Of a DNA stretch of 64,000 nt, positions 55,357 through 64,000 are shown piece by piece. A program made the translations under genes and the position numbers. The stretch lies in NCBI GenBank assembly GCA_964637835.1, contig CAZWYF010000002.1, positions 84,614-148,613 on the forward strand, given 5' to 3'. Numbering within the stretch: the first letter of the stretch is position 1; the number at the start of each line of letters is the position of its first letter. The DNA comes from an uncultured Fibrobacteraceae bacterium. Lineage in GTDB: Bacteria; Krumholzibacteriota; Krumholzibacteriia; LZORAL124-64-63. The notes under the pieces are model-generated. The model was not told the origin of the DNA and did not search any database. It was given only the letters and a program-made list of their open reading frames with translations.

Positions 55357-57414
55357 GTGGGCGGAAAGGCAGCGCGCGTGATCAGCTCGGAGCTCCGCAA
55401 CCGCGACCGCCGGTCGGATCGGCGCTCCGGCCGCCGTCTGGTGGCCGCAGGCCTGGGGTTGCTCTGCGCCCTGGCGCTGGCCTCCGGCTGCGCCCGGTAC
55501 AATACCTTCTACAACGCCGAGCGGGCGTTCGATGACGCCGAGCAGGTGCGCGAGGACAAGCAGCGCGCCGGTGAGGACGTCACCCAGGCCAGCGCTGCTC
55601 AGCGGCAGGATTACCAGACGGCCATCAAGAAGGCCCAGAAGGTCCTGGACAACTACCCCGGCCACGGCCTGACCGATGACGCCCTCTTCCTGCAGGGCAA
55701 GGCCTACCACCGCCTCTCCAGCTACCGCATGTCCATCCGCAAGCTGGACCTGCTCTATACCAACTTCCCGCAGACGGCGTTCCTGGAGGAGACCTACTAC
55801 CTGCAGGCGGTCAATTACCTGATGCTCGGCAACGCCGGCCGCAGCCAGGACTACCTCGACCGCCTCGAGCGCCAGTTCCCCGACAGCCGGTTCCAGTCCG
55901 AGGCCCTGCGGGCCAGCGGCGACAACGCCTACGCCATGGAGGACTGGGAGGACGCGGCCACCGCGTACCGGGCATTCCTCGCGCGCTATCCCGAGGCCGA
56001 GGACTGGGACGTCAGCACCCTGCGCCTGGGGGAGGCGCTCTTCGAGCTGGACCGGTACGCGGAAGCGGCCACCGCCGTGCAGCGGGTGATCGAGGAGTCC
56101 GACCAGACCGACCGCGTGTTCCGGGCGCGGCTGCTGCAGGCCCGCGGCCTGGCCCGCGCGGGCGAGCACGACCGTGCCGACGGGTTGCTGGCCGCGCTGG
56201 CCGATGAGGCCGCCATCTACCAGTCCGAGGGCCTGGTGGCCGTGGCCGAGGCGGAGAACCTGGTGGCCGCCGGCGACCTCGGCGCGGCCATCACGCTGCT
56301 CGAGGGCCTGCCCGACGACCAGATCTCCACCGAGGTCAAGCCCCGGCGGGCCGACATCCTCGGCCGGTCCTACGTCACGGTGGGCGAGCTGGATACCGAG
56401 AACCTGGAGCAGGCCCGCGACAACCTGCAGCAGGCCGTCTCCGGTGCGCGCTGGCTCGAGGATCCCGAGGACACGCGACTGCTCCTGCAAACCATCAAGG
56501 ATTACCTCGCCGCGGCCGGCCGGCTGCCCGATGCCCGTCCCGATCGTGCGGCCAGCCTGCGCTTGCTGCAGGCCAACGCCCTGCTCTTCGGCTTCGAGCG
56601 GCCCCGGCGGGCCCTGGACCTCTTCGCCGACGTGGCGGCCGACACGGCGGCCGATTCCACGGTGGCGGCCCGGGCGCTCTACGGCGCCATGCTCGTCCAC
56701 GACGCCTATCTCGACCAGCCCGATTCCGCCGCCGTGTACGCCGAGCAGCTGGACCAGCGGTATCCCGAGTCGCCGCAGGCCTACGAGGTTCGCAGCGGCA
56801 CCGGGGCCGACCTGCTCGCCTTCCTCCTCGAGCAGGAGGCGGAGCTGGCCGCCCTCGCCCGCGCCGAGGCCGACACCGTGGCCGAGGACACGGACCTGGT
56901 CGTGCCGGCCGCGCTGGGCGAGGCGCCGCTGCGGCGGCGCCTGGTCTACCTGCAGCGCCGGGCCAACCTGGTGTACCCGCCGCCGCCGGCCGCGGTGGCG
57001 GCCCAGGAGGTCCGCCTGGCCGAGGAACGCGCGGCCGCCGCCGCCGCGGCGGCCGTGGCGGTGCCTTTGCCCGGCGAGGCGCTCGCCGAGACGCTCAGCT
57101 TCGCCGCGCCGCCCGGGGGAGGGCCCGAGGCCGGTGCGCTGGCTCCCGCCGATGCCGATACGGTCGGATCGGGCGCGCCGGCGCCGGCGGACGCCGCGGC
57201 GCCGGATACCGCGCTGACCGGCGCCGGCGCCGACACGGTGCTCACCGGCGCCGCCGCGGACACCGCGCTCACCGGCGCCGCCGCCGACACGGCGCTCACC
57301 GGCGCCGCCGCCGACACGGCGCTCACCGGCGCCGCCGCCGACACCGTCGCGGCCGAACCCGAGCCGCCGCCCGAGGAACCCGAAGAGGAGAAGCCGCGCA
57401 GTTGGGACTTCTAG
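55357..57414 (+). CDS. TPR-repeat lipoprotein with a C-terminal tandem 9-aa repeat array, inserted between pyrC and pyrK
   Basis: Lipobox 'ALALASGC'. Multiple TPR-like 'A..Y.......Y..A' helices. C-terminal 'ADTALTGAA' x5. GTG start at 55357 or 55378. Confidence 0.65.
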   Translation: MGGKAARVISSELRNRDRRSDRRSGRRLVAAGLGLLCALALASGCARYNTFYNAERAFDDAEQVREDKQRAGEDVTQASAAQRQDYQTAIKKAQKVLDNYPGHGLTDDALFLQGKAYHRLSSYRMSIRKLDLLYTNFPQTAFLEETYYLQAVNYLMLGNAGRSQDYLDRLERQFPDSRFQSEALRASGDNAYAMEDWEDAATAYRAFLARYPEAEDWDVSTLRLGEALFELDRYAEAATAVQRVIEESDQTDRVFRARLLQARGLARAGEHDRADGLLAALADEAAIYQSEGLVAVAEAENLVAAGDLGAAITLLEGLPDDQISTEVKPRRADILGRSYVTVGELDTENLEQARDNLQQAVSGARWLEDPEDTRLLLQTIKDYLAAAGRLPDARPDRAASLRLLQANALLFGFERPRRALDLFADVAADTAADSTVAARALYGAMLVHDAYLDQPDSAAVYAEQLDQRYPESPQAYEVRSGTGADLLAFLLEQEAELAALARAEADTVAEDTDLVVPAALGEAPLRRRLVYLQRRANLVYPPPPAAVAAQEVRLAEERAAAAAAAAVAVPLPGEALAETLSFAAPPGGGPEAGALAPADADTVGSGAPAPADAAAPDTALTGAGADTVLTGAAADTALTGAAADTALTGAAADTALTGAAADTVAAEPEPPPEEPEEEKPRSWDF
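57206..57340 (+). repeat. 27-bp tandem repeat (5 copies) inside the TPR lipoprotein gene
   Basis: GACAC(G/C)G(C/T)GCTCACCGGCGCCGCCGC(C/G) x5, in frame, encoding (ADTALTGAA)n. Confidence 0.85.
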
Positions 57415-58253
57415 AACCGACCACCTGGGATCTGGCCGGCGTCGTCACCGCCAACGCGGCGGTCTCGCGGGGGCTGATCCGCCTGGACGTGGAATTGCCG
57501 CGCGTCGTGCCCTTCGCCCCGGGCCAGTTCGCCATGCTCAACCTCGCCGGCGCCGGCCGGCTGGTCTTCCGGCGTCCCTTCAGCATCCTGGCCGCCTCGG
57601 GAACGGAGATGTCGTTCCTCTACCGGGTGGTCGGACGGGGCACGGCGTTGCTGGCCGGCGCGCGGCCCGGTGATCGCCTGGACTGCCTGGCCCCGCTGGG
57701 GCGGGGATTCGACGCGCCGGGCCCCGGGTCGCCGCCTGCCCTGGTGCTGGCCGGCGGCGTGGGCTTGCCGCCGCTGCACGCCTGGTGGGAGCGGTTCGGT
57801 CGGCCGGACGACCTGATCTGCTTCGGCGGCCGCGACGGGGCCGACGTGCCCTGGAGCCTGCTGCCGGATCGGTGGCGCGTGAGCGTGGACGTGGGGCGCG
57901 AGGTGCCGGCGGGCCGGGAGGCGTTCACGGGCCTGGTCACGGATCTGGCCCGGCGCGAGCTGGACGCCGGCGGCGCGGCCGGGCCGCGGCTGGTGCTCGC
58001 CTGCGGCCCCACGCCGCTGCTGCGGGCGGCGGCCGCGCTGGCGGCCGCTCGCGACTGGCCCTGCCAGGTGTCGCTGGAGGAGCACATGGGCTGTGGCTAC
58101 GGCGTGTGCAAGGGCTGCGTGGTGCCGGTGCGCATCACCGAGACGCCGGGCTGGCGCAACGCCACCAGCTGCACCGAGGGCCCGGTCTTCGATGCCGCCG
58201 ACCTGGACTGGGCGCGCCTCGGCGCGCACCACGCGGCGGGAGGTGCCCCGTGA
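57402..58253 (+). CDS. pyrK: Dihydroorotate dehydrogenase electron-transfer subunit (FAD / 2Fe-2S)
   Basis: 'FAPGQFAMLN', 'RRPFSI', C-terminal 'CGYGVCKGCVV' cluster. TTG start overlaps the end of the TPR gene. Confidence 0.8.
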   Translation: MGLLEPTTWDLAGVVTANAAVSRGLIRLDVELPRVVPFAPGQFAMLNLAGAGRLVFRRPFSILAASGTEMSFLYRVVGRGTALLAGARPGDRLDCLAPLGRGFDAPGPGSPPALVLAGGVGLPPLHAWWERFGRPDDLICFGGRDGADVPWSLLPDRWRVSVDVGREVPAGREAFTGLVTDLARRELDAGGAAGPRLVLACGPTPLLRAAAALAAARDWPCQVSLEEHMGCGYGVCKGCVVPVRITETPGWRNATSCTEGPVFDAADLDWARLGAHHAAGGAP

Positions 58254-59260
58254 TCCTGCCCACCTGGTGGACCACCGATCCCTGCGCCCCGGTGACCGTG
58301 GGGCCGCGGGAGCTGCCTGGCCGCATCTGGACCGCGTCCGGCTGCTTCGCCTATGGCCTGACCGGCCACGACATCGCCGCCGCCGATGGCGCCACGCCCT
58401 ACGCGGGGATCGGCGCGGTGGTCACCAAGACCGTCACCCCGCAGCCGCGTGCGGGCAATCCCATGCCCCGCCTGGTGGAACTGCCGTGCGGCGCCATCAA
58501 CTCCATCGGCCTGGAGAACGTGGGCTTCGCCGCCTTCCTCGCCGAGACCCTCCCCGCGCTGGCGGAGAAGGGCGTGCCCACGGTGGTCAGCCTGGCCGCC
58601 ACGCGTCCGGAGGAGTTCGGCCCCATGGTCCGGCAGCTGCACGACGTGGGGCATCGCTTCGCATGCTGGCACGGCGTGGAGCTGAACCTGAGCTGCCCCA
58701 ACGTGGCCGAGGGAGGGCATGATTTCGGCAGCGATCCGTCCACCGTCGCGGCCTGCGTCTCGGCGGCCCGGCGGCACCTGCCCGACCGCGCGCTCATCGC
58801 CAAGCTGACCCCCAACGTGGCGCGGCTCGCGCCGCTGGCTGCGGCCGCCGCCGATGCGGGCTGCGACGCCATCGCGGCCATCAACACCGTGCTCGGCCTG
58901 GACGTGGACCTGGCCACCGGCCAGCCGGTGCTGCCGCGGCGCTTCGGCGGCTACTCCGGCCCCGGCATCCAGCCCATCGCCCTGGCCAAGGTGGACGAGG
59001 TGGTCCGCGAGGTGGGCGTGCCGGTGGTGGGGATCGGCGGCATCGACACCGCGGCCGACGCGCTGAAGTTCTTCGCCCTCGGCTGCGTGGCCGTGCAGGT
59101 GGGCACCGCGCAGATGCGCGATCCCTTCGCCGCCGCGCACATCGCGCGGGACCTGCGGCCCGCGACGCGGGTCACGCCGCGCGACGCCGCGACCCCCGGC
59201 GGGGCGGCCACGACCAGCAGGACCCCCGGTGGGACGGCCACCAGGGGGGCGGGGGACTAG
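58250..59260 (+). CDS. pyrD: Dihydroorotate dehydrogenase catalytic subunit (class 1B)
   Basis: 'ASGCFAYG', 'AINSIGLEN', catalytic Cys 'ELNLSCPNV', 'GIGGI'. GTG overlaps the pyrK stop (GTGA). Confidence 0.88.
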   Translation: MILPTWWTTDPCAPVTVGPRELPGRIWTASGCFAYGLTGHDIAAADGATPYAGIGAVVTKTVTPQPRAGNPMPRLVELPCGAINSIGLENVGFAAFLAETLPALAEKGVPTVVSLAATRPEEFGPMVRQLHDVGHRFACWHGVELNLSCPNVAEGGHDFGSDPSTVAACVSAARRHLPDRALIAKLTPNVARLAPLAAAAADAGCDAIAAINTVLGLDVDLATGQPVLPRRFGGYSGPGIQPIALAKVDEVVREVGVPVVGIGGIDTAADALKFFALGCVAVQVGTAQMRDPFAAAHIARDLRPATRVTPRDAATPGGAATTSRTPGGTATRGAGD

Positions 59261-60288
59261 CGGTCGTTCTCGTCGAACTCGGGGAATTCCTTGAGGACGG
59301 CCACGTCGGGGTCTTCCTCCACCTCTTCCTCGTCCGCGTCTCCGGGCAGGCCCTCGGGGAACTCGGCCTCGAGCAGGCCGATGAGCGTCTGGCCGCTCTG
59401 CAGGATGGCCTCGGCCAGCTCCGCGCCCAGGGCGGCGGCCTGCTCGGCCGGGCCCTCGCGCTGCTGGATCTCCGCGGCCGCGGCGTCCGAGGTGCCCACC
59501 GCGCCGGTCACCGTCAGGCGGGTGCCATCGCACCGGGCGAGGACGCCCACCGGCAGCTCGAGGTCGCTGGCGAAACGCTGCAGGAAGGCGTGCTCGGCCT
59601 CCATCTCCCGCTGGGTCGGTGAGCTGTGGACGGGGGCGAGCAGGTCGCGGACCTCGGCGTCGTCCGTGCGGCCGAGCACCACCAGGATGCCCTGTCCGCC
59701 ACTGGGCAGCGCCAGTTCCGGATTGAAGATCTCCGCCACCACGCCCTGCAGGCCCAGGTGCTCGGCCACCGCCGCCGGCGCCACCAGGCCATCCAGCTCC
59801 GCCCGCCGCAGCAGCGACTCCAGGGCGGCCTGCACGCCGCCGCGCAGGAGCTGGAAATCCAGTTCCGGCCACAGCGCCTGCATCTGCGTGCGCGAACGGA
59901 GGTTGAGCACCCCGATGGCCGAGCCGGCGGGCATGTCGTCGATGATGACGTTCTGGCGGGTCAGGAAGGCGTCGAAGGGCGTATCGCGGGCGGGGATCGC
60001 CACCTGGGCCAGGCCCTCGCGAAGGGGCAGGACCAGGTCCTGGGCGCGGATCACCGCCAGGCGGAACTCGCCGGCCAGGAGCTGCTCCTCGAGGAACTCC
60101 ACCTCCGCGGCGCTGGCCGCGAAGAACGACTCGTCCTGCAGATCCGGCGGCGGCACGGGCGAGGGCACCACCTGCATGCGGCAGACCAGGCGGGGACTCG
60201 CCTCCTGCAGCCGGTCGAGGACCACCTTGGTCTGATCCTTGGCGAGCTGCGTGTTGAGGCATCCGAAACTGAGGACCTTGCCCGTCAC
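59257..60288 (-). CDS. Divergent hydroxymethylbilane synthase (HemC)-like protein with an acidic C-terminal extension
   Basis: HemC-like blocks 'NLRSRTQMQALWPELDFQLLRGGVQAAL' (cf. 'SSLRRQAQL..RPDL...RGNVDTRL'), 'LPSGGQGILVV' (cf. 'PAVGQGAL'), 'RCDGT'. The N-terminal 'GTRGS' Arg motif is replaced by 'FGCLNT'. Tail 'DADEEEVEEDPDVAVLKEFPEFDENDR'. Confidence 0.4.
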   Translation of the reverse strand: MTGKVLSFGCLNTQLAKDQTKVVLDRLQEASPRLVCRMQVVPSPVPPPDLQDESFFAASAAEVEFLEEQLLAGEFRLAVIRAQDLVLPLREGLAQVAIPARDTPFDAFLTRQNVIIDDMPAGSAIGVLNLRSRTQMQALWPELDFQLLRGGVQAALESLLRRAELDGLVAPAAVAEHLGLQGVVAEIFNPELALPSGGQGILVVLGRTDDAEVRDLLAPVHSSPTQREMEAEHAFLQRFASDLELPVGVLARCDGTRLTVTGAVGTSDAAAAEIQQREGPAEQAAALGAELAEAILQSGQTLIGLLEAEFPEGLPGDADEEEVEEDPDVAVLKEFPEFDENDR

Positions 60289-60353
60289 CTTGAGCCTCCC
60301 GGCGCCCGGGGGGCGCCATCATCGGATGCATGGATGCGGCCGTCGTGCCGTCG

Positions 60354-61493
60354 TCAGCCGGCGGCCTCTTCCTGTCGCTCGAGGAACTCGCCCACCATGG
60401 TCCCGATGCGCTCGGCCGTGGCGAACGGCATGGCGGCATGGATGGGCAGGGTCAGGATCTCGCGCCCGGCCACCTCGGAGGCCTCGAGGCTGCCAGCGAT
60501 CCGACAGTACTCCATGAGCGGATGGTGGTGCAAGGGGGGGTCGTAGTAGACGCCGGTGTCGATGCCCTCGCTGTCCAGGCGGTGCTGCAGCCGATCGCGG
60601 GCCTTGCTGCGCACCCAGTACTGGTGGTAGGTGACCTTGGTGCCGGGGTCGAGATCCTCCACCGCCAGGCGGTTGGACCCGGGGATCCGCGCATCGTAGA
60701 TGGCGGCCACCCGGTCGCGGTCGCGCTGCTCGTCTTCGAAGCGGGAGAGGCGGTGACGGATCACCATGGCCTGGATCTCGTCCAGGCGACTGTTCCAGCC
60801 GCAGTAGAGGTTCTTGTTGATCCAGAGCGCCTTGTGGCCGCGGAGCTGGCGGATGCGGTCGGCGTCCTCCTGCTGCTGGCAGAAGATCAGGCCGCCGTCG
60901 CCGATGCCTGGCAGGTTCTTGGTGGGATAGAAGCTCAGCGTGCTCATGCGGCCGATGCTGCCGCAGGGCCGGCCCTTGTAGAGCGTGCCCCAGGCCTGGG
61001 CCATGTCCACCACCACCTGCAGGTCGTGCCGGTGGGCGATGTCTATGATGGCATCCATGTCCGCCGGGGCGCCGAAGATGTGCACCGGCAGGATGGCGCG
61101 CGTCCGGGGCGTGATGGCGGCCTCGATGGCGGCAGGGTCGATGTTCAGGTCGTCCGGCTTGATGTCCACCAGGACCGGCCGCGCATGCAGCATGATCACG
61201 GCCTCGATGGTGGCCTCGAAGGTGTACGGGGTGGTGATCACCTCGGTGCCGGGCCGCACGCCCGCCATGGCCAGCGCCAGGTACAGGGCTTCCGAACCGC
61301 TGGCCACGCCCACGGCGTCCGCAACGCCGCACTGGTCGGCCATCTCGCGCTCGAGCGTCTTCACCTCGTGGCCCAGGATGTACTGGCCGGACATGAGGAT
61401 GCGTTCGAAGTCGGCGAGGATCTGCTCCTTGACCGGGAGCATGGGCGTCACCAGATCGTAGCGCGAGATGCGCGACTGCTTGGGGTCAGACAT
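60354..61493 (-). CDS. DegT/DnrJ/EryC1/StrS-family PLP-dependent sugar aminotransferase
   Basis: 'GVASGSEALYLAL', PLP-lysine block 'LSFYPTKNLPGIGDGG'. Confidence 0.85.
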   Translation of the reverse strand: MSDPKQSRISRYDLVTPMLPVKEQILADFERILMSGQYILGHEVKTLEREMADQCGVADAVGVASGSEALYLALAMAGVRPGTEVITTPYTFEATIEAVIMLHARPVLVDIKPDDLNIDPAAIEAAITPRTRAILPVHIFGAPADMDAIIDIAHRHDLQVVVDMAQAWGTLYKGRPCGSIGRMSTLSFYPTKNLPGIGDGGLIFCQQQEDADRIRQLRGHKALWINKNLYCGWNSRLDEIQAMVIRHRLSRFEDEQRDRDRVAAIYDARIPGSNRLAVEDLDPGTKVTYHQYWVRSKARDRLQHRLDSEGIDTGVYYDPPLHHHPLMEYCRIAGSLEASEVAGREILTLPIHAAMPFATAERIGTMVGEFLERQEEAAG

Positions 61494-61514
61494 GAGATCC
61501 TTTCGGGCCGGGAG

Positions 61515-62843
61515 TCAGGACTCCTGGCCGGGCTGCGGGCGGCCGAAGCTGCGGTAGCTGAAGCCGAAGGGCGTCACGTGGTCGTGCGAGTAGACGTTGC
61601 GGCAGTCGAGGAACCGGCGGCCGGACATCACCTCGCCGAGGTGGTTGAAATCGAGCTGCCGATACTGGTTCCACTCGGTCACCAGCACGGCCAGGTCCGC
61701 GCCCTCGCAGGCCTCGTAGGCGTTGCGGCAGTATGTCAGGTCGGGGTAGGCCTGGCGGAAGTTGTCCATGGCCACGGGGTCGTGGACGCGCAGGGTGGCG
61801 CCGGCGTCGGCGAACATGCTCACCAGCTGGCGGCTGCCCGCGCAGCGGATGTCGTCGGTGTTGGGCTTGAAGGCCAGGCCGAGCAGGGCGACGGTCTTGC
61901 CGGAGAGGTCGGGCATCATCTCGCGGGCCTTGCTCACCGCCCGGGCGGGCAGCCCGGAATTCACCGCGATGGCGGACTCCACGATGGACATGCGCTCGCC
62001 GTGCTCGCGGGCGATGTGGCAGATGGCGTGGGTGTCCTTGGGGAAGCAGCTGCCGCCGTAGCCCAGACCCGCGTGCAGGAACTTGCCGCCGATGCGGCCG
62101 TCCAGGCCCATGGCCTTGGCCACCTGGGAGACGTCGGCGCCCACCCGGTCGGCCAGCGTGGCGATCTCGTTGATGAAGCTGATCTTCACGGCGAGGAAGC
62201 TGTTGCTGGCGTACTTGATCAGCTCGGCGGTCTCGATGCGCGGGCAATGCACGATGGGCGTGTCGAGCAGGTACAGCGGCCGGTAGATGCCGCGCATGAG
62301 TTCCTCCGCCCGCTCGCTCTCGGTGCCGATGACCACGCGGTCGGGGCGCATGAAGTCCTCGATGCTCGAGCCCTCGCGCAGGAACTCCGGGTTGCTGGCC
62401 ATGTCGAAGGGCACGGGCTGGGGCTGGGCGTCGGTGATCACCTGCTGGAGCTTGCGCGCCGTTCCCACCGGCACCGTGCTCTTGGTGACGATCACCTTGT
62501 AGCTCTCGAGCCGCTCGCCGATCTGCTTGCCCACCTCCCAGATGTACGTGAGGTCCGCCTCGCCGCTGCCCTCGGCCTGGGGTGTCTGCACCGCGATGAA
62601 CACGACGTCGGCCTCGCGCATGCCGGCGGCCAGGTCGGTGGTGAACGAGAGGTGCCCCTCCTGGACGTTCTTGGCCACGAGGCGGTCGAGCCCCGGCTCG
62701 TAGAAGGGCATCTCGCCCCGCTCGATGGCGGCGATGCGCTCGGGCAGGATGTCGACGCAGGTGACGCGATGGCCGAAGTCTGCCATGCAGGCGCCGGATA
62801 CCAGACCGACGTAGCCGGTGCCGATCATGCAGATGCGGATCAT
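61515..62843 (-). CDS. Nucleotide-sugar dehydrogenase (UDP-glucose / UDP-ManNAc 6-dehydrogenase family)
   Basis: 'ICMIGTGYVGL' Rossmann, catalytic 'GGSCFPKD'. Confidence 0.85.
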   Translation of the reverse strand: MIRICMIGTGYVGLVSGACMADFGHRVTCVDILPERIAAIERGEMPFYEPGLDRLVAKNVQEGHLSFTTDLAAGMREADVVFIAVQTPQAEGSGEADLTYIWEVGKQIGERLESYKVIVTKSTVPVGTARKLQQVITDAQPQPVPFDMASNPEFLREGSSIEDFMRPDRVVIGTESERAEELMRGIYRPLYLLDTPIVHCPRIETAELIKYASNSFLAVKISFINEIATLADRVGADVSQVAKAMGLDGRIGGKFLHAGLGYGGSCFPKDTHAICHIAREHGERMSIVESAIAVNSGLPARAVSKAREMMPDLSGKTVALLGLAFKPNTDDIRCAGSRQLVSMFADAGATLRVHDPVAMDNFRQAYPDLTYCRNAYEACEGADLAVLVTEWNQYRQLDFNHLGEVMSGRRFLDCRNVYSHDHVTPFGFSYRSFGRPQPGQES

Positions 62844-63841
62844 GTCGTCTCTCCTCCGGGTCGAGCCAGGGACGCCCTGGCGTCCTCCAGGAGGTCGCCG
62901 AGGGTCTCGGTCATGGTCAGGCGCGGACGCCAGCCGGTGGCGTCGCGCAACGCGGCCGGGTCGCCGATCAGCCGGGGCACGTCCACCGGCCGCAGGCGGG
63001 AGGGATCGGTGGTCACCTCGATCCGCGCGGTGGACAACCCCAGAAGTATCTCCAGTCCCCCGGCGATCGTCAACGCCGAGCCGGAGCAGACGTTGTAGAC
63101 CCGCCCCGGCCGACCCCGTTCCAGCAGCAGGGCGTAGGCCCGGACCACGTCGCGGACGTCGAGGAAATCCCGGCAGGCGGCCAGGTTGCCGGTGCGCAGG
63201 ATCGGCTCCTGTCGGCCCGCCTCGATGGCGGCGATCTGGTGGGCGAAGGCCGGGAAGACGAACCGGCGGTCCTGGCCCGGGCCGGTGTGGTTGAAGGCCC
63301 GGACCGCGAGGGCGGGCAACCCGAAGGCCTGATGATACTGGATGGTCAGCTGCGTGGCGGCCGCCTTGCTCGTGGCATAGGGGGAGAGGGGCAGCAGGGG
63401 GTCGCCCTCGCGGCAGGGTCGGTCCGGGCGGGCCGCGGCGCCGTATTCCTCGGCCGATCCCACCACCAGCAGCCGGGGCACCGGCCGGCCGGCACGATCG
63501 AGCCGTCGCAGGGCCTCGAGCACCTCGACGGTACCGCCCAGGTTGGCGGCCACCGTCCCGGCGGGATCGGCGAAGCTGGCGCCGGCGGAGCTCTGGCCGG
63601 CCAGGTGACAGATCGCGGTGAAGGCCTCGGCGGACAGCAGGTCGGCCAGGGCGGCGCCACCGTCGGCAGGGCTGGCGCCGAGTTCGCGTCGCCAGCGGAC
63701 CAGCGGCTCGTCGGTCGTCCCGTCATCGGCGCGCGGGCGGTCGAGCCCGGCGGCGTCGATACCCGCCGCGGCGAGGGCCGCGGCCAGGTGGCGGCCGACG
63801 AAGCCGCCGGCGCCGGTGATCAGGATCCTGGGGGAGGTCAT
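62840..63841 (-). CDS. NAD-dependent epimerase/dehydratase (short-chain dehydrogenase/reductase fold)
   Basis: 'ILITGAGGFVG' and 'PYATSKAAA' (YxxxK). 4-bp overlap with the dehydrogenase gene. Confidence 0.8.
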   Translation of the reverse strand: MTSPRILITGAGGFVGRHLAAALAAAGIDAAGLDRPRADDGTTDEPLVRWRRELGASPADGGAALADLLSAEAFTAICHLAGQSSAGASFADPAGTVAANLGGTVEVLEALRRLDRAGRPVPRLLVVGSAEEYGAAARPDRPCREGDPLLPLSPYATSKAAATQLTIQYHQAFGLPALAVRAFNHTGPGQDRRFVFPAFAHQIAAIEAGRQEPILRTGNLAACRDFLDVRDVVRAYALLLERGRPGRVYNVCSGSALTIAGGLEILLGLSTARIEVTTDPSRLRPVDVPRLIGDPAALRDATGWRPRLTMTETLGDLLEDARASLARPGGETT

Positions 63842-63865
63842 CGGCAGGATCGCCTCCGTGGCAGC

Positions 63866-64000
63866 TCAGCCGTTCAGCAGCCGCAGGTATTCCTTGTAGA
63901 TGCAGCGGTCCATGACCACGGGGATGCCGGCGTCCCTGGCCCGGGCGGCCGCCTCCGCATGTTCCACGCCTTCCTGCATCCAGATCATGCCGTCGCGGCG
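63866..64000 (-). CDS. Partial gene (C-terminal 44 aa only): CoA-binding (YccU-like) protein
   Basis: '...RDGMIWMQEGVEHAEAAARARDAGIPVVMDRCIYKEYLRLLNG*' resembles the C-terminus of CoA_binding_2 proteins. Truncated by the window edge. Confidence 0.35.
   Translation of the reverse strand, partial: RRDGMIWMQEGVEHAEAAARARDAGIPVVMDRCIYKEYLRLLNG

Noticed and set aside
58097-60439. 780-aa minus-strand ORF overlapping pyrD (antisense) and the HemC-like gene (other frame). Also ORF 59291-60235 (+).
   Set aside because: Arg/Gly/Pro-rich or Ser/Arg-rich low-complexity translations. The pyrD and HemC-like frames have coherent composition and motifs.
60330-63098. 922-aa plus-strand ORF across the DegT / dehydrogenase / epimerase region
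   Set aside because: Antisense to three minus-strand genes with clear Rossmann/PLP motifs. No recognisable domains.

Overview
This is a high-GC (about 70%) chromosomal segment with dense, mostly co-directional coding and no rRNA, tRNA, CRISPR or mobile-element genes that I can recognise. Five secreted proteins end in the same roughly 80-aa Por/T9SS type-A C-terminal sorting domain ('NPFNPxT..V.L.IYD..GR.VRTL..G....G.H...WDG.D..G...ASGVY.YRL'). Together with PorCDAB and KorAB ferredoxin oxidoreductases, this suggests an anaerobic or facultative member of the FCB superphylum (Gemmatimonadota- or 'Eisenbacteria'-like) rather than a proteobacterium or actinobacterium. Contents in order: (1-4 kb) an REC / membrane HisKA-GAF-(degenerate)HD-GYP mega-kinase / REC module and priA; (6-9 kb) a papain-like protease fused to a beta-helix and a T9SS tail; (9.5-14 kb) porCDAB plus a Met/Cys gamma-lyase-family PLP enzyme; (14-25 kb) a starch/pullulan utilisation island (CBM lipoprotein, pullulanase-T9SS, lipoprotein, GH13 amylase lipoprotein, alkaline phosphatase-T9SS, divergent GH13-like lipoprotein, esterase-T9SS); (26-33 kb) a P-loop ATPase, EEP nuclease/phosphatase, cupin, ClC channel with CBS/RCK_C, a methyltransferase and a CE4 deacetylase; (33-36 kb) a 1027-aa T9SS cargo of unknown function; a 760-bp non-coding region; (36.8-42.8 kb) a glycogen operon, GalT-like-glgA-[PAS/GAF histidine kinase]-[REC]-glgC; (43-48 kb) a nitrilase-family hydrolase plus GT4, and korAB; (49-59 kb) dus, a LysM-TPR lipoprotein, a tandem-NBD ABC ATPase, and the pyrimidine genes pyrR-pyrB-pyrC / TPR lipoprotein / pyrK-pyrD with a recognisable PyrR attenuator leader; (59-64 kb) a divergent HemC-like protein and a nucleotide-sugar cluster (DegT aminotransferase, UDP-sugar dehydrogenase, epimerase). 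Because of the GC content, many long antisense ORFs in the six-frame track are spurious and are listed as rejected.
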